From IMG/VR virus record IMGVR_UViG_3300028591_000094, positions 104,083 through 168,082 of that record: a stretch of 64,000 bases of DNA. The stretch is one strand, 5' to 3'. The DNA comes from a virus. Its lineage: Duplodnaviria > Caudoviricetes. Under the pieces are notes generated by a model. The model saw nothing but the letters and a program-made list of their open reading frames with translations. It made no database searches and had not been told where the DNA came from. A program made the position numbers and the translations under genes. Positions within the stretch are counted from its first letter, which is position 1. Each line of letters begins with the position of its first letter. Shown in pieces: positions 9,671 to 20,750 of the stretch.

Positions 9671-12600
9671 GTTGTAACACTTTCATCTTTATATTCATAA
9701 ATAGACTGTTCTGTATTTACCTCACTCTTCGGGTCTGGTAAAAAGTCATTATAATACAACCCGTATTTTCCAAACATATCCTGCCTGTTCAAAAAGAAAT
9801 TTATTGATTCGTCGATATAAAAGCAACCGTTAGCAAAGGTATATGTCGGCAATGTTTCATCTGTGTTATCAACATCCCATGCATTGACAACATCTCTCCA
9901 AATGTAAGTTGCGGTTCCAGTTTTTGTTGCATATGACGGTATCTCCAAATTCTCGCGGCGCACAACATATTGACCGTTGTTTATACCATCGCATATCATT
10001 ATCCAGTCTCTATATCTGGCTGAGGGTTCATTGCGGCTAATCTTGTTGATGACGAAATTGTAGGCGTCCAGTACGGTCACCACATCCAGCCACCACTCGT
10101 CACCACTTGCTCTGTCGCGCAACAGTATGCGACCACCAGTCACATTGTGTTTTAATCTGGTCTGAATTTTGATGAAGATGCCATTGGCTTGTATCGGTTC
10201 GGCTTTATATACATCAACCACCTTGTGGGTTGCCTGGTGCACACTGCCATATCCTTTCAGTCTCAGGCGATAGTGCGGTTTATAGTAATAGCCCTCAATT
10301 CGATGAGTTACCGTTGAGGGGGCTTCTCTTGTATCTACATGAAAGTTTCCCAAGAGGTCGTCAGAAGTTATTTCATCATACTTTACAATATACTCACTGT
10401 TGGGTTCCATCTCACGTTGCATTGTATTGAAACGGAAGTTAACGTCACACAGTGGAGTTACCTCACATCTCCAGGGGCAAACCTCAACTACATCACCATA
10501 GAACCATTCATCGTTGATTGTAATGTCGGTTTTATCTCCAAGGGTTTGGTGAATGCCGCTTGCATCGTTATGTATCAAGTTAACATCGCCAAGTTCCCAC
10601 ATTTTATCTAGTAAGTTTCTGGAGTCGTCAGGCAAATGAAACAATTTGAAGCCACAGGTTACAGGCCCGAAGCAGTGTGAGAACTCCACGTTTTCACTGT
10701 CATACCTCTGTTGAGTGTACCATTCATCATGCCCCCTGTTGGTCTTGACTATTGTGACGTATATGTCGGTGAGCTTATTACCCATGCCGTCGGTTAATCC
10801 CTCAACATTTATATTATCGGTAAACACCGCCTGAGCTATACCGTCGCCATATATTGTCTGTGAAAACGCCAACGGATACTGTTCATTCTCGAAATTGAAA
10901 TCAACTTTTTCGCGCTGCTGGTTGGTTCCGTATTTCATGTTCGGAACTTTCTTGAACTTTCTCACATAGTATGAGCACTCGGACGCTCCGTTACTCCTGG
11001 TAAAACGGAAACTAATGTAGTCCCTCCATAACCCGCCACCCTGCGACGGGGTTATATCAGCGTCGTCGTCGCCCGTCTTGAACGCACTGTTTATTATCTG
11101 ACGTATAAACTGGTTGGCGTCGACGGTGGCTGTATGATAAGGTGTTTGTAAATCATGATTATACAACTCATAGAAAACACCATCCTTTGCTATATAGCGC
11201 TCGTTCTGGGATGGAATGTTTGTTAACCCGTATGTATCACTATAATATTGAACATAACTGTTGTTGTCACCGTCGGGAAATACGTCGAAACAATCCGCAA
11301 AAGTATCGGTTGGCATGTAGTCGTAGGTGCATATGTGTATTGCGTCGTTGTTTCTAACCAGATTACCCTGGATATATTCCTGGTTAGAATTAAAGTATTC
11401 AATATCATCCAGAACAAGCGGTTCATAGAAATAATCCTTTACATAATCCCAGGCTGTGTAGTTGTCACCGTCATGCTCTTTCGGCGTTGCAAAAATAGTA
11501 TCCAGTATGGAAGTGTCCGACAGATAGAAATAATAGTCCTGATATTCAGCGTTCAGGTTGCCGATGCCAACAACCCTGCATTCTTCCTTCGTTTCATTTT
11601 CCATTGGGTGCCAGTGACCATTTTCCTCATCCTCGTTATAGTATAGGTGTATGTAGTCATCGACTTTTAGATTGTGTTTTGTGGCTGTCCTGAAAAGAAG
11701 GTAGTTCTCACCCTGTGGTCCCATGACATATTCAGCACTAACAATCAACAAAGCGTTGGTGCTACCATCCTGAACCAGTTTGAAATCCTTTGTTTCTTCA
11801 CCTACCATTGTCTGTACGGTATATGTTGTGCAGTGTTCATATGGATATGTTATCTGGAAATCCCAGTTACTCTCCAGACGGTTCCTGTATTTGTTGTATT
11901 TCGGAATAAAAGAGAACAGTGTGCGGTCTGGATACATGTCAACAAACCCACAGTTGCTTTTATTGTTCAATGCCCGACTGATATTCATGTCATGGCCTTC
12001 AGCATTTTTGGATGGTATTGTGTTAGTATTATAGAATCCAAACCATCCGTTCTCTTCCCTGAGGTTTTCGGTAGTCGCATCATTATTCTCAAATGAAAAC
12101 ACGTCTTCCATATTATAAAGATGTTTTGACTGCAGTAGTGTGTCTCTTTCACTGTTGCGCGTACATTTTTCCACCTCTTCACCACTCTGGGTGCGCATAT
12201 AGTCCTCGATGGTGTTGAAAGTGTCTTCGTTGGTATTATTCGGCAGTCTATTCACTATCCTGTACGTCTTGTTGCGAAGAATATGATTGTTGAAAAAATC
12301 CATGCCAGGATGATATTCGTAGCCAAATTTATCCTTGGAGTACTCTGTGTTGCGAATCATATAGTACGGAGTAAGACCATTCCTCTTGCCAGAAGCACTG
12401 GAAATATCTGGGTCTTGCGCACTCGATGATGGGTTTTGTTCAGTAACAACCCTAACGTCCGACGACCCTTCGTGTTTTATAATCTCAGTACATGGGTTGA
12501 ATAACACATTCGTACAATACGGATTGACAGTAAGGATTAATCGATAGTCTTTGCATTCCTCACGTTCAAACAAGAAACGCTCATTCAAGTCCAATGTACC

Positions 12601-12723
12601 AACAGTTGAACTATCAATCAACGGACTTATATTACGTGTAATATTGACATTCAAATATTTGTCATCCTGAACAGCGTTGATTGATTTTCTATTTCCTGCT
12701 AATATTTTGATTGAATCATCCAT
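9664..12723 (-). CDS. Large hypothetical structural (baseplate/tail) protein
   Basis: 1019 aa; TKHNLKVDDYIHL repeat and CBM-like YFNSNQEYIQGNLVRNNDAIHIC. Confidence 0.6.
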   Translation of the reverse strand: MDDSIKILAGNRKSINAVQDDKYLNVNITRNISPLIDSSTVGTLDLNERFLFEREECKDYRLILTVNPYCTNVLFNPCTEIIKHEGSSDVRVVTEQNPSSSAQDPDISSASGKRNGLTPYYMIRNTEYSKDKFGYEYHPGMDFFNNHILRNKTYRIVNRLPNNTNEDTFNTIEDYMRTQSGEEVEKCTRNSERDTLLQSKHLYNMEDVFSFENNDATTENLREENGWFGFYNTNTIPSKNAEGHDMNISRALNNKSNCGFVDMYPDRTLFSFIPKYNKYRNRLESNWDFQITYPYEHCTTYTVQTMVGEETKDFKLVQDGSTNALLIVSAEYVMGPQGENYLLFRTATKHNLKVDDYIHLYYNEDEENGHWHPMENETKEECRVVGIGNLNAEYQDYYFYLSDTSILDTIFATPKEHDGDNYTAWDYVKDYFYEPLVLDDIEYFNSNQEYIQGNLVRNNDAIHICTYDYMPTDTFADCFDVFPDGDNNSYVQYYSDTYGLTNIPSQNERYIAKDGVFYELYNHDLQTPYHTATVDANQFIRQIINSAFKTGDDDADITPSQGGGLWRDYISFRFTRSNGASECSYYVRKFKKVPNMKYGTNQQREKVDFNFENEQYPLAFSQTIYGDGIAQAVFTDNINVEGLTDGMGNKLTDIYVTIVKTNRGHDEWYTQQRYDSENVEFSHCFGPVTCGFKLFHLPDDSRNLLDKMWELGDVNLIHNDASGIHQTLGDKTDITINDEWFYGDVVEVCPWRCEVTPLCDVNFRFNTMQREMEPNSEYIVKYDEITSDDLLGNFHVDTREAPSTVTHRIEGYYYKPHYRLRLKGYGSVHQATHKVVDVYKAEPIQANGIFIKIQTRLKHNVTGGRILLRDRASGDEWWLDVVTVLDAYNFVINKISRNEPSARYRDWIMICDGINNGQYVVRRENLEIPSYATKTGTATYIWRDVVNAWDVDNTDETLPTYTFANGCFYIDESINFFLNRQDMFGKYGLYYNDFLPDPKSEVNTEQSIYEYKDESVTTC

Positions 12724-12744
12724 CCTTAATAAATATTGAATTAT

Positions 12745-15700
12745 TTAGTTTACATAGTTTACAGTTTCCTCAGTAAAACTCCAGTGTGAGTTATTAATTA
12801 ATTCATCTTCAGTTGATATAGTACCATCTTGAGTGAAAGCGCAACAGTATTGAATACCTGTTATATCAGTTATCCAGACTCGTTGTCCTGCGACCAGGTC
12901 AATCGGTGTAGTTGGTGGGACAGTCACTTTAATTGACACGATATTCCACGATACAGTATAACCCGTCCTGTCTGTACCGCTACTACCGTTCCAGTCTGTG
13001 TACCACTTATTCTCAATACTAACAACATTCGTATCTGGTTCTAGTATATTTATGTTTTGGCTGTATAAAACAGACTCACCATCTCTTATTTCAAAGGTAA
13101 ATGGATAATTGACCAAATTTTTCAGCTCGTGTATATCAGCAATATCATTGTCGCCAACCATTTTAAAATGGTCTTGGTCTGTTGCATCTGGTGATTTATA
13201 TGTTTTGATTCGAGGTGTTATATATATATCTTGTTTGTATGGTGTAAACGATGTACCAAAATTATTGTAATCTATATTTGCAATACTCCTTAATCCGACA
13301 GTCTCAAAAATAGGCGAAATGAGACGGTTGTTTCCATTTTCATTTTCATATTCAACAACGGCAAAGAACTTCCCCGTTGGTGGGTAATTTCGAATATCCA
13401 AGTTGCACGGGAACTGTTGTTCGGTTTTATAATCAACACGATTCGACCAGCTTGTCTCTGTTGAGTATAAGTCACATACATCCAATCTAGTGTTTGGTTC
13501 GTATATCTGAGGTAGTGTTGTATACCTATATTGACCAGCTATGCTCTGTAGTTCATCCAACGGATAGAGCAATGTGTATTCATCAACAGATTCATCACCT
13601 GCTTTTACATAGGAATATACAGCAATATTTCCTCTGATATTATCAGGATTGGTTAATGACAAATGCAGTTCGTCAGGGTCGTCAATATAATATTTGTGAG
13701 AATGCAAGAATTTTGTCCCCTCGAATGTGATGGCGTTGCTATCTAGGTATTGAGTGTAGCTGTTGCCGTATCCGTCGTTAGATGTAAACGAATTGCTACC
13801 GTTTTCTATTTGAGTATATTGGTATGTTGGAGTGTAATTTGAGTTATACACATATTCACCGTAAATCGCATCGTTTGTTCCATTACCGCAATATATTAAC
13901 TGGCGAATTTCGCTATCCTCGATAGTCGACTGTTCGGTCACCGCAACACTGAAATTATTCTTAACTATATTGGGGTGGTGTGACAAACTGTTACAACAAT
14001 ACCCAGCGGCAAATCCGTTCATATTGATGTACTGTGGGTCAGTCAAAGTCGTATTACCACCATCCATATACAATGGTATGTCGTTGAGCGGATGCCAAAC
14101 ACGAACAAAACTGAGATATAATGGTTTGTTAAGGAAGTGTACACCGAACAGCTTGTCAATTCTTACCTGGTCTGGGTATCCCGACTGTTCATTGTCAAAG
14201 TTATTTATACCTTCACTTATCGAAGCTGACGGTAAAGCTATATTGTTATTATCCTTTATTGCAACATAGTATGGATATTTATAGTTATTGTTATTGTCCA
14301 TGTACGGTGTGTATACCCAAACGTCATTCACCAATGTTTTCATGAGTGTTGGAAGATAGAATACAGTTTCATTTTCTTCTAATCCAGCATCCAGGATAAA
14401 CTTGACTCCAAGTGTCGGGTCTTGTGTTGGGTTGCTGTTTGGAACATCCACTCGCCCAATTACCAAGTATTTCACTGGCGGCTCGTTTGAACGATAAGTT
14501 ACCCGTAACTGTGTATTTTCTTTTCCAATACGCAATGCGCCTTGTAACTGTTTCGAGAACTCTTTTCTCATTTCGACCACCCTGTTTAGTTCCGCTATAA
14601 CATCCAATATCTCCTTGGTTGTTAAACCTTGGAAATCAGAATATGCATTATCCAGATAGTTTAAAGAGCCGTTTATATCCTCGGTAACAATAACCTCGTG
14701 TGTGTCTATGGTTTCGTAGTCAGTTCTAACGTAACTATCCAGTTCGATAATGATTCGGCGCATCAAATAAACCGTGTCTTGGGTTTGGTCTACTGTGTGA
14801 ATACATGATATTTGCGGATATGCGCCATCCCCCCAGGCATTGGTGATTTCACCCCACCAGTCGCTGTTAATACAGTAGTCGGCTGTCCATGTGTATGGTG
14901 TTGAACAATCAACACCAGACCAAATGTACGACGCACCGTTACCATCATAATCATCACCCAATGCGATAGCGGTATTCTTAATAATTTCCAAATCCGTCGA
15001 TATTTCCAGAGTGTCGATGGGATGGGCTGAGTTGTTATAATAGTAATGACCTATATTGTCAACATCATCCCAGCCATACAGGTTACCCCCATATGTCATA
15101 TTTTCCAAACTAATATAAGAGACTCCGTTTTCGTTCCAACCACTTCTGAAGTTCCTTATGTTGTCATAGTCAATACCATTAATATACATATTGAACAACA
15201 TTTCGGACACCAAGACGACTATTTTTGTTGAATTTCCACTGTCTTCATATATATCCGTTTCAGTTTCACATCTCTGAGTTATTGTTATTTCGTATTGCTG
15301 GGTACCATATGGTACGCCGAAATAATATTCACGCCTAGTTTCATTATAACCTAAATATCCGCTTCCGCTGCTAATAGGTATTGAATTGGTTACTATAACA
15401 TCACACCCATTGTATGTGTCACCAAAAAATGTGCTATTTACAGGTCGTAACTCTATCTTGAAATTAGATACGTCAGCGTCGATATTTCTTACAATAATAT
15501 AGCCCCCAATATCCCTAACAACCTCTTGAATCTGGGTATCTATACCACCTTGGTTGGCGATGGCGGCAAATGTTTGTGTCCAATCAATCTGGTTGGAACT
15601 GTCAAGCACCGCAAAACGGTTTTCTAGTTCACCGTTTTTACACGTAAAAGCATGCGGGTCGGCAATAAAGTTCACTCTCGGGGCCTCGAACGTTATGTCA

Positions 15701-18700
15701 TCCGTGTACTCGTTACCATTACCGTCGGTGATGACAATATCATATGTACTATTCGGTATACATTCGTTTAGGTGAGATATGTTTTGTACGTCATACCAAG
15801 GATAATGACTATATCCGTTTGGCGCGTTTTCGGTACTACCAATGTAAAACTTCTCTTTGGTAACATTATTTATGTAATAAACAATATCAGGGTGGTCACG
15901 GTTTATTAATGTAATTGAAATCGGAGTATCCATATATACATTAAACGCTATATAGCCGTCGCGTATCTCAATGAGTTCCTGACACCATGAATTACCATTA
16001 AATGTTATATCATATGCTGGGACGATATTACTTTCCGTAACACAGTCGCTGAAATATTCTGTGTTAAATTTATCAAGTGCTGTACTACCCTCTTTTAATC
16101 CAAAATAAAAATAGAATGAGTTTTCATATCGCGGTTGCCTTAAACCAGCTGTAACGCCAGACCAGCCACCAACTTTGTGGTCGTGCTCATAAAAATATAT
16201 TTTTTTATTATGAGTATCAGCAAAATTAACTTGTTTTTCGTAATTACCATACCTGAAATTCAAATAAGCATCACTTGATTTTTCCAAATTATAGTTGTCC
16301 CTGTAATTAGGGTGACCTCCATTGTGCTCATTACACACACCTGTTTCTGGATGTCCCATTTTACCATCTCTCACGGCACTTGAACTCATTATTTTGAAAA
16401 GTGAACCATCAAAATTATCAACGTACAGGTGGTTGAAATCATATTCAATTCGTCCAGTGTTTGGATTGTATTTTGTTTTCAAGAAATTACCATTCAGGGT
16501 TGCAAACATGCTTCGGTAATCCATATCATATATCTCATCATAAGATACAAATCCGTCTGGTGTCAAACGTTTTGTGTAATTATCGTCTATTTTGTCCTCG
16601 GTGAGTGGTTCGGTTGCGCTATTTATAGCATCCATGTCAATGATATCCTGGGACTCATCTAGCGATACACCTAACTCACATATTCTTGACAGGTTGATAC
16701 ATGATTTTGGTTTGGTGTAATGTTTGAAACAGGTTAGTCCATAAAACAATCCACCTGCATCATATTGTGTTGTGTTATAATTATCACCTTGAGCCCCCTG
16801 GTCGCACCCCAAGTCACCCCAGTCGGCACCTGTAAACTCACTGACTTGATTAATTTTTTTCTCAGTATCCTTTTCATTTTCACTACTACCGTCATTTACC
16901 CCACCCTCATCAGACTCATTATTATCATAATCTTCTACCAATAAATCTGGCGGCATATTGTACGTTGTACTACTCAACGCTTTAAAAAACTGTGGAATAC
17001 CATAAATATCACATGAATTTAAACTACCCAGTAATACAATGTCTGTTGCATACAACGTAATAGTGTCCTTGTTACCATTCATGTCATAGTAAACTGGTTT
17101 GTAATACTGAACTCTGTCACCTAACATTGTTTCCTTTTCATATATAATACCCGTTCTTACATGTTGATATGTTCTTGAATATTTATGACATCTGTAACCG
17201 TAGCAATTTTTCTCCGTCTGTTCTTTAAATGTTAAAGTTTCTATTCCTGTATTAGGGTCTTGACTACTTCCGAGAATTGTTCCCGAATCATCTTCTAACG
17301 CCTCTATACTGCCCATATTATCACCACTGTTAGAAATAAAAGTTCTCCTGGGCACCATTGTATTATATAATTTTAATTTCTTTTTGTATTTGCCTTTCGG
17401 CATTAATGTGTTATCGTTGGCACAGTACTGGTCTTTAGCCTTCCATTTCACGCCGAGAATTTTTCTCTCAGGCTTAATTCTCCTATACCATAACGGAAAA
17501 TATAATACACCGTTAACCCAATCGTTATAAAAATTAAACGATGTTACCTCATTCTCCTGAGCTAACTGGTTTTCAATGCAGTTATATACTTGTGCAATAG
17601 TCGCGTTAGAACATTCACCACACTTATATTCTGTTGCCATAGCTACGTCGTGCCAAACGGTAATTAATTCCTCGGGTAAACCTGGTGCTATGCTATATAC
17701 ATCCCCTTCATCGTTTTCACAAATATTGGATAGTTTTATACCACAATGTATTGAATATACTATAACAAAAAAAATCGCACCCAGACCACCAATTTGGTAT
17801 TTGTAATCGCCTTTGGCTGTATTAAAATCCCAAGCTTTGACCTCGTTTTTGCATAAACTACCTAAATAATATTCAATGCTAATCTCTGCGGCTAGCTCTG
17901 ATGGTTCATCCTCTGGAGTTGCACCATCAACCTCACTTTCCATCCTTTTTTCAGATTTCCATTTCCAGTCACCGTTAATATACTTTCTTCTTTTTGCAAA
18001 AATTTTTCTAACTACTTCTAAGTTACTTGTTAAACTTAATTCCACACACTTTACTCCAGCCTTATAAAAACCTAAACTTATACCCCCGATTATCCTATTC
18101 ACGAAACTAGTAAGCATTACAATAATTTTCATCAGTGTACACAGGAACATGTACGTGAAGTTGAACTTGATTCTGAGGTTGTTGAACGGCATTGGGTTGT
18201 TGTCGCCCGAATGATTGACCATCTTTATACCCAAGTGTCTCAGATTGTTCGGAAGTCGACTCTTCTGTAGTCTTGGTATATAATTTTTGACAGTGTATAC
18301 ATTGTTCCACATCAGGTCGCGGAAATTCTCGTTCTTTGTTCTGGAACCGAATTCATAGTCGATAAGTTTGGTTGATGTGAAATCTGGGTATGAATCATCG
18401 GTACCACTACAAAGGTGTGGATTGTTAGGTATGAGATACCTGGCTCTCTTTCTTGCAATCATATCCCCAGGAGAATCGGCCATGTTGACTCTGAAACGTA
18501 CCCTGGTGCGTGTTGGAATACCTTTGTCGGGGTTGTCTGACAGAACCATGTTACCGAACTCGTCGGTTATGATATAATCGAGGTTCATTGGTATCTGGTA
18601 GCACCATACACCGTTCTCGTTGATAACCTTGTCACCCTGCACGGAATACTGTTCAACCTTACCGTCGTAAGTCTTGCGAATCATTTCAATTCTGCCCTCA

Positions 18701-19560
18701 CCAGTCACCAGCTCAGACATCTTTCCTTGACCTTTGGCAGCAACACAGCGTTTGCTCAACGAGTTCTCACCAGTGTCGGTGATTACACTACCCATAAAGA
18801 TACAGGTAGGTTCGAACTTATAGTCAAGATTAAAATCACAGCGGGTGATTGCTGCGTTGGTTGATGTATTAGTTGTATCGCCCCAGAAAGGATAGACATA
18901 CACACTGTTGTCCTTGGACATAATCTGTACAAGGGATGTCAGGTTAGTGTCTTTCTTGAACTTGGTCGGGCTGTCGAACAGGTTTGCGCTGTAGCCCTTA
19001 TACATCATATCCCTAGGGGTTTGTGACAAGATACCGATATCGGATAGGTCGACATCCATGTGGATTTGCTGCATACCAACTGGAACACCATATATCATAT
19101 AGTCGCCAGCATTGTTGGTTTTGGTTGTATATTTATAGTATTTGTCAAATATCTCAACCCAATCCTGGTTGTCCAGGACAATTCTCTTTGTAGGAAACGT
19201 ACCTACGTTCTGATGACACGCATCGTCGGATTCACTGGGAAGCAGATTGTATTTGATTGTAGCCCCGTATGTATCCTGTGGGGTTGTAAACTGATACAGA
19301 AGCCGATGTCTCATATCCTCGGTACCGTCGTATGGAACGAATACTGAAACCTTGGCGTTAGGTACACCGAAGCCGCCATTGGCTAAAACACGTCCAGCGA
19401 CAACACCAGTGTTGGATGCCATAAGACGATAGGCGTTTGTCTGGTCTAAGGTCAGAGACAATATCTCGAATTTTTCAAATGTCTGGTCGAAATTTACATG
19501 GACAACCGCGTCCTGGTTGACTGTGGTTCTAATTCTGTATGATTTATTGTTTTTTCCCAT
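12745..19560 (-). CDS. Very large tail/baseplate-associated protein with an N-terminal carboxypeptidase-regulatory-like beta domain and internal hydrophobic segments
   Basis: 2271 aa; GVVAGRVLANGGFGVPNAKVSVF...TTKTNNAGDYMIYGVPVG; lies downstream of the baseplate genes. Confidence 0.6.
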   Translation of the reverse strand: MGKNNKSYRIRTTVNQDAVVHVNFDQTFEKFEILSLTLDQTNAYRLMASNTGVVAGRVLANGGFGVPNAKVSVFVPYDGTEDMRHRLLYQFTTPQDTYGATIKYNLLPSESDDACHQNVGTFPTKRIVLDNQDWVEIFDKYYKYTTKTNNAGDYMIYGVPVGMQQIHMDVDLSDIGILSQTPRDMMYKGYSANLFDSPTKFKKDTNLTSLVQIMSKDNSVYVYPFWGDTTNTSTNAAITRCDFNLDYKFEPTCIFMGSVITDTGENSLSKRCVAAKGQGKMSELVTGEGRIEMIRKTYDGKVEQYSVQGDKVINENGVWCYQIPMNLDYIITDEFGNMVLSDNPDKGIPTRTRVRFRVNMADSPGDMIARKRARYLIPNNPHLCSGTDDSYPDFTSTKLIDYEFGSRTKNENFRDLMWNNVYTVKNYIPRLQKSRLPNNLRHLGIKMVNHSGDNNPMPFNNLRIKFNFTYMFLCTLMKIIVMLTSFVNRIIGGISLGFYKAGVKCVELSLTSNLEVVRKIFAKRRKYINGDWKWKSEKRMESEVDGATPEDEPSELAAEISIEYYLGSLCKNEVKAWDFNTAKGDYKYQIGGLGAIFFVIVYSIHCGIKLSNICENDEGDVYSIAPGLPEELITVWHDVAMATEYKCGECSNATIAQVYNCIENQLAQENEVTSFNFYNDWVNGVLYFPLWYRRIKPERKILGVKWKAKDQYCANDNTLMPKGKYKKKLKLYNTMVPRRTFISNSGDNMGSIEALEDDSGTILGSSQDPNTGIETLTFKEQTEKNCYGYRCHKYSRTYQHVRTGIIYEKETMLGDRVQYYKPVYYDMNGNKDTITLYATDIVLLGSLNSCDIYGIPQFFKALSSTTYNMPPDLLVEDYDNNESDEGGVNDGSSENEKDTEKKINQVSEFTGADWGDLGCDQGAQGDNYNTTQYDAGGLFYGLTCFKHYTKPKSCINLSRICELGVSLDESQDIIDMDAINSATEPLTEDKIDDNYTKRLTPDGFVSYDEIYDMDYRSMFATLNGNFLKTKYNPNTGRIEYDFNHLYVDNFDGSLFKIMSSSAVRDGKMGHPETGVCNEHNGGHPNYRDNYNLEKSSDAYLNFRYGNYEKQVNFADTHNKKIYFYEHDHKVGGWSGVTAGLRQPRYENSFYFYFGLKEGSTALDKFNTEYFSDCVTESNIVPAYDITFNGNSWCQELIEIRDGYIAFNVYMDTPISITLINRDHPDIVYYINNVTKEKFYIGSTENAPNGYSHYPWYDVQNISHLNECIPNSTYDIVITDGNGNEYTDDITFEAPRVNFIADPHAFTCKNGELENRFAVLDSSNQIDWTQTFAAIANQGGIDTQIQEVVRDIGGYIIVRNIDADVSNFKIELRPVNSTFFGDTYNGCDVIVTNSIPISSGSGYLGYNETRREYYFGVPYGTQQYEITITQRCETETDIYEDSGNSTKIVVLVSEMLFNMYINGIDYDNIRNFRSGWNENGVSYISLENMTYGGNLYGWDDVDNIGHYYYNNSAHPIDTLEISTDLEIIKNTAIALGDDYDGNGASYIWSGVDCSTPYTWTADYCINSDWWGEITNAWGDGAYPQISCIHTVDQTQDTVYLMRRIIIELDSYVRTDYETIDTHEVIVTEDINGSLNYLDNAYSDFQGLTTKEILDVIAELNRVVEMRKEFSKQLQGALRIGKENTQLRVTYRSNEPPVKYLVIGRVDVPNSNPTQDPTLGVKFILDAGLEENETVFYLPTLMKTLVNDVWVYTPYMDNNNNYKYPYYVAIKDNNNIALPSASISEGINNFDNEQSGYPDQVRIDKLFGVHFLNKPLYLSFVRVWHPLNDIPLYMDGGNTTLTDPQYINMNGFAAGYCCNSLSHHPNIVKNNFSVAVTEQSTIEDSEIRQLIYCGNGTNDAIYGEYVYNSNYTPTYQYTQIENGSNSFTSNDGYGNSYTQYLDSNAITFEGTKFLHSHKYYIDDPDELHLSLTNPDNIRGNIAVYSYVKAGDESVDEYTLLYPLDELQSIAGQYRYTTLPQIYEPNTRLDVCDLYSTETSWSNRVDYKTEQQFPCNLDIRNYPPTGKFFAVVEYENENGNNRLISPIFETVGLRSIANIDYNNFGTSFTPYKQDIYITPRIKTYKSPDATDQDHFKMVGDNDIADIHELKNLVNYPFTFEIRDGESVLYSQNINILEPDTNVVSIENKWYTDWNGSSGTDRTGYTVSWNIVSIKVTVPPTTPIDLVAGQRVWITDITGIQYCCAFTQDGTISTEDELINNSHWSFTEETVNYVN

Positions 19561-19792
19561 TAATCCTCTTTAAAATTTTGCTTATATTGATACCGTGTCC
19601 AGTTACGAGACAATACACGGCGTAGCACACCAGAAAAGGTATACATATAATAAGTAGAGCTGTCAATAAAATTACAATGAAAAACTTTGAGATAAAGTTA
19701 GCCGCCAACTGCACTCCGCGCCGCTCCTCGGTAGCCTCTCCGTCGGCGTATTTCTCGGCTTTCTTAGCCTGTTCTTTACATTTGCATCCCAT
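19544..19792 (-). CDS. Small membrane protein
   Basis: 82 aa; long hydrophobic stretch FFIVILLTALLIICIPFLVCYAVYCLV; overlaps the start of the 2271-aa gene. Confidence 0.65.
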   Translation of the reverse strand: MGCKCKEQAKKAEKYADGEATEERRGVQLAANFISKFFIVILLTALLIICIPFLVCYAVYCLVTGHGINISKILKRINGKKQ

Positions 19793-19840
19793 TTTTGTAT
19801 AGTATTTTTATTATAATATATACATATTTAGGAAAATAAA

Positions 19841-19870
19841 CAAAGGGAGACGACTTTAACCATCTCCCTC
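19841..19870 (-). terminator. Intrinsic terminator
   Basis: GGGAGA/TCTCCC stem followed by a T-rich tract on the minus strand, just after the 19898 stop. Confidence 0.6.
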
Positions 19871-19897
19871 GATATTTGTAAGACTATGTTCGGAACA

Positions 19898-20695
19898 TTA
19901 TTCCTGTGTCTGGTTCCAGTTTACTTGACCGCCTGTGCTTGTACTGGCGTTCTGCGACCAGCCTTGGTTGGGCTGAGCCTGTTTATTCTGAGGGGTCTGC
20001 TGGTGTGCCTGCTGTTGCTGAGTTTGTTGCTGGGGCTGTTGGTTTTGCTGACCCTGTTGACCACCCTGTTGGTTCTGTCCACCCATGAGACCTCCAATAA
20101 TATTTTTACCTGTCTGGAGAATGTTTCCAAAGGGGTTACCGCCTTGCTGACCGTTACCGCCTTGCTGACCGTTACCGCCAAGCAATCCACCGAGGACGTT
20201 GCCAATTCCACCACCGTTGGAACCGCCGCCCAAGCTACCGATGCCAAGCAGTTGACCAATCATTGACGGGTTAAGGTTTCCGAGTATGCCACCGAGCATG
20301 CCTTCATCGATACTTTCGTTCATAGCACCGTTCATACCGCCGCCCTGTGCAGCCTGTTTCTTTAGTTTAATACTGTTCTGAATTTCGTTACCAAGTGCCA
20401 TTGCAAACAGTTTCGACGTAAGAACTCTGTACAAAACACCGTTCTTGTCGAGTTTGAGCAGATTAGCAATCAAATCGACAGCCTTTTTAATCAGTCCGCT
20501 GCCAAGTAAACCACCAATCATACCGAGACCGCCTTCGTCAACCTCTTCGTTGAGACCGTTGCAGGCAGCGCCGCATTCATTGGTTCCACACTCGTTGGTG
20601 CCGCATTCAGCCATTGATTCGTTCATAATACGTATGACCGATTCGCTGATTAAGCTATGTAATTCCTTTTCAGTTAGTTTAACAACTTTTTTCAT
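19898..20695 (-). CDS. Low-complexity Gly/Gln-rich protein with an LTExEL leader (candidate internal head protein)
   Basis: MKKVVKLTEKELHSLISESV; CGTNE and GGNGQQ repeats; has its own promoter motif and terminator. Confidence 0.7.
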   Translation of the reverse strand: MKKVVKLTEKELHSLISESVIRIMNESMAECGTNECGTNECGAACNGLNEEVDEGGLGMIGGLLGSGLIKKAVDLIANLLKLDKNGVLYRVLTSKLFAMALGNEIQNSIKLKKQAAQGGGMNGAMNESIDEGMLGGILGNLNPSMIGQLLGIGSLGGGSNGGGIGNVLGGLLGGNGQQGGNGQQGGNPFGNILQTGKNIIGGLMGGQNQQGGQQGQQNQQPQQQTQQQQAHQQTPQNKQAQPNQGWSQNASTSTGGQVNWNQTQE

Positions 20696-20750
20696 TCTTT
20701 ATGCAATTGTTTTATTATTATAAATATAAATATCATTTTGTTTGAAATTG

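Noticed and set aside
19544-19792. Holin call for the 82-aa membrane protein
   Set aside because: There is no adjacent free endolysin and no holin signature; the context is structural.
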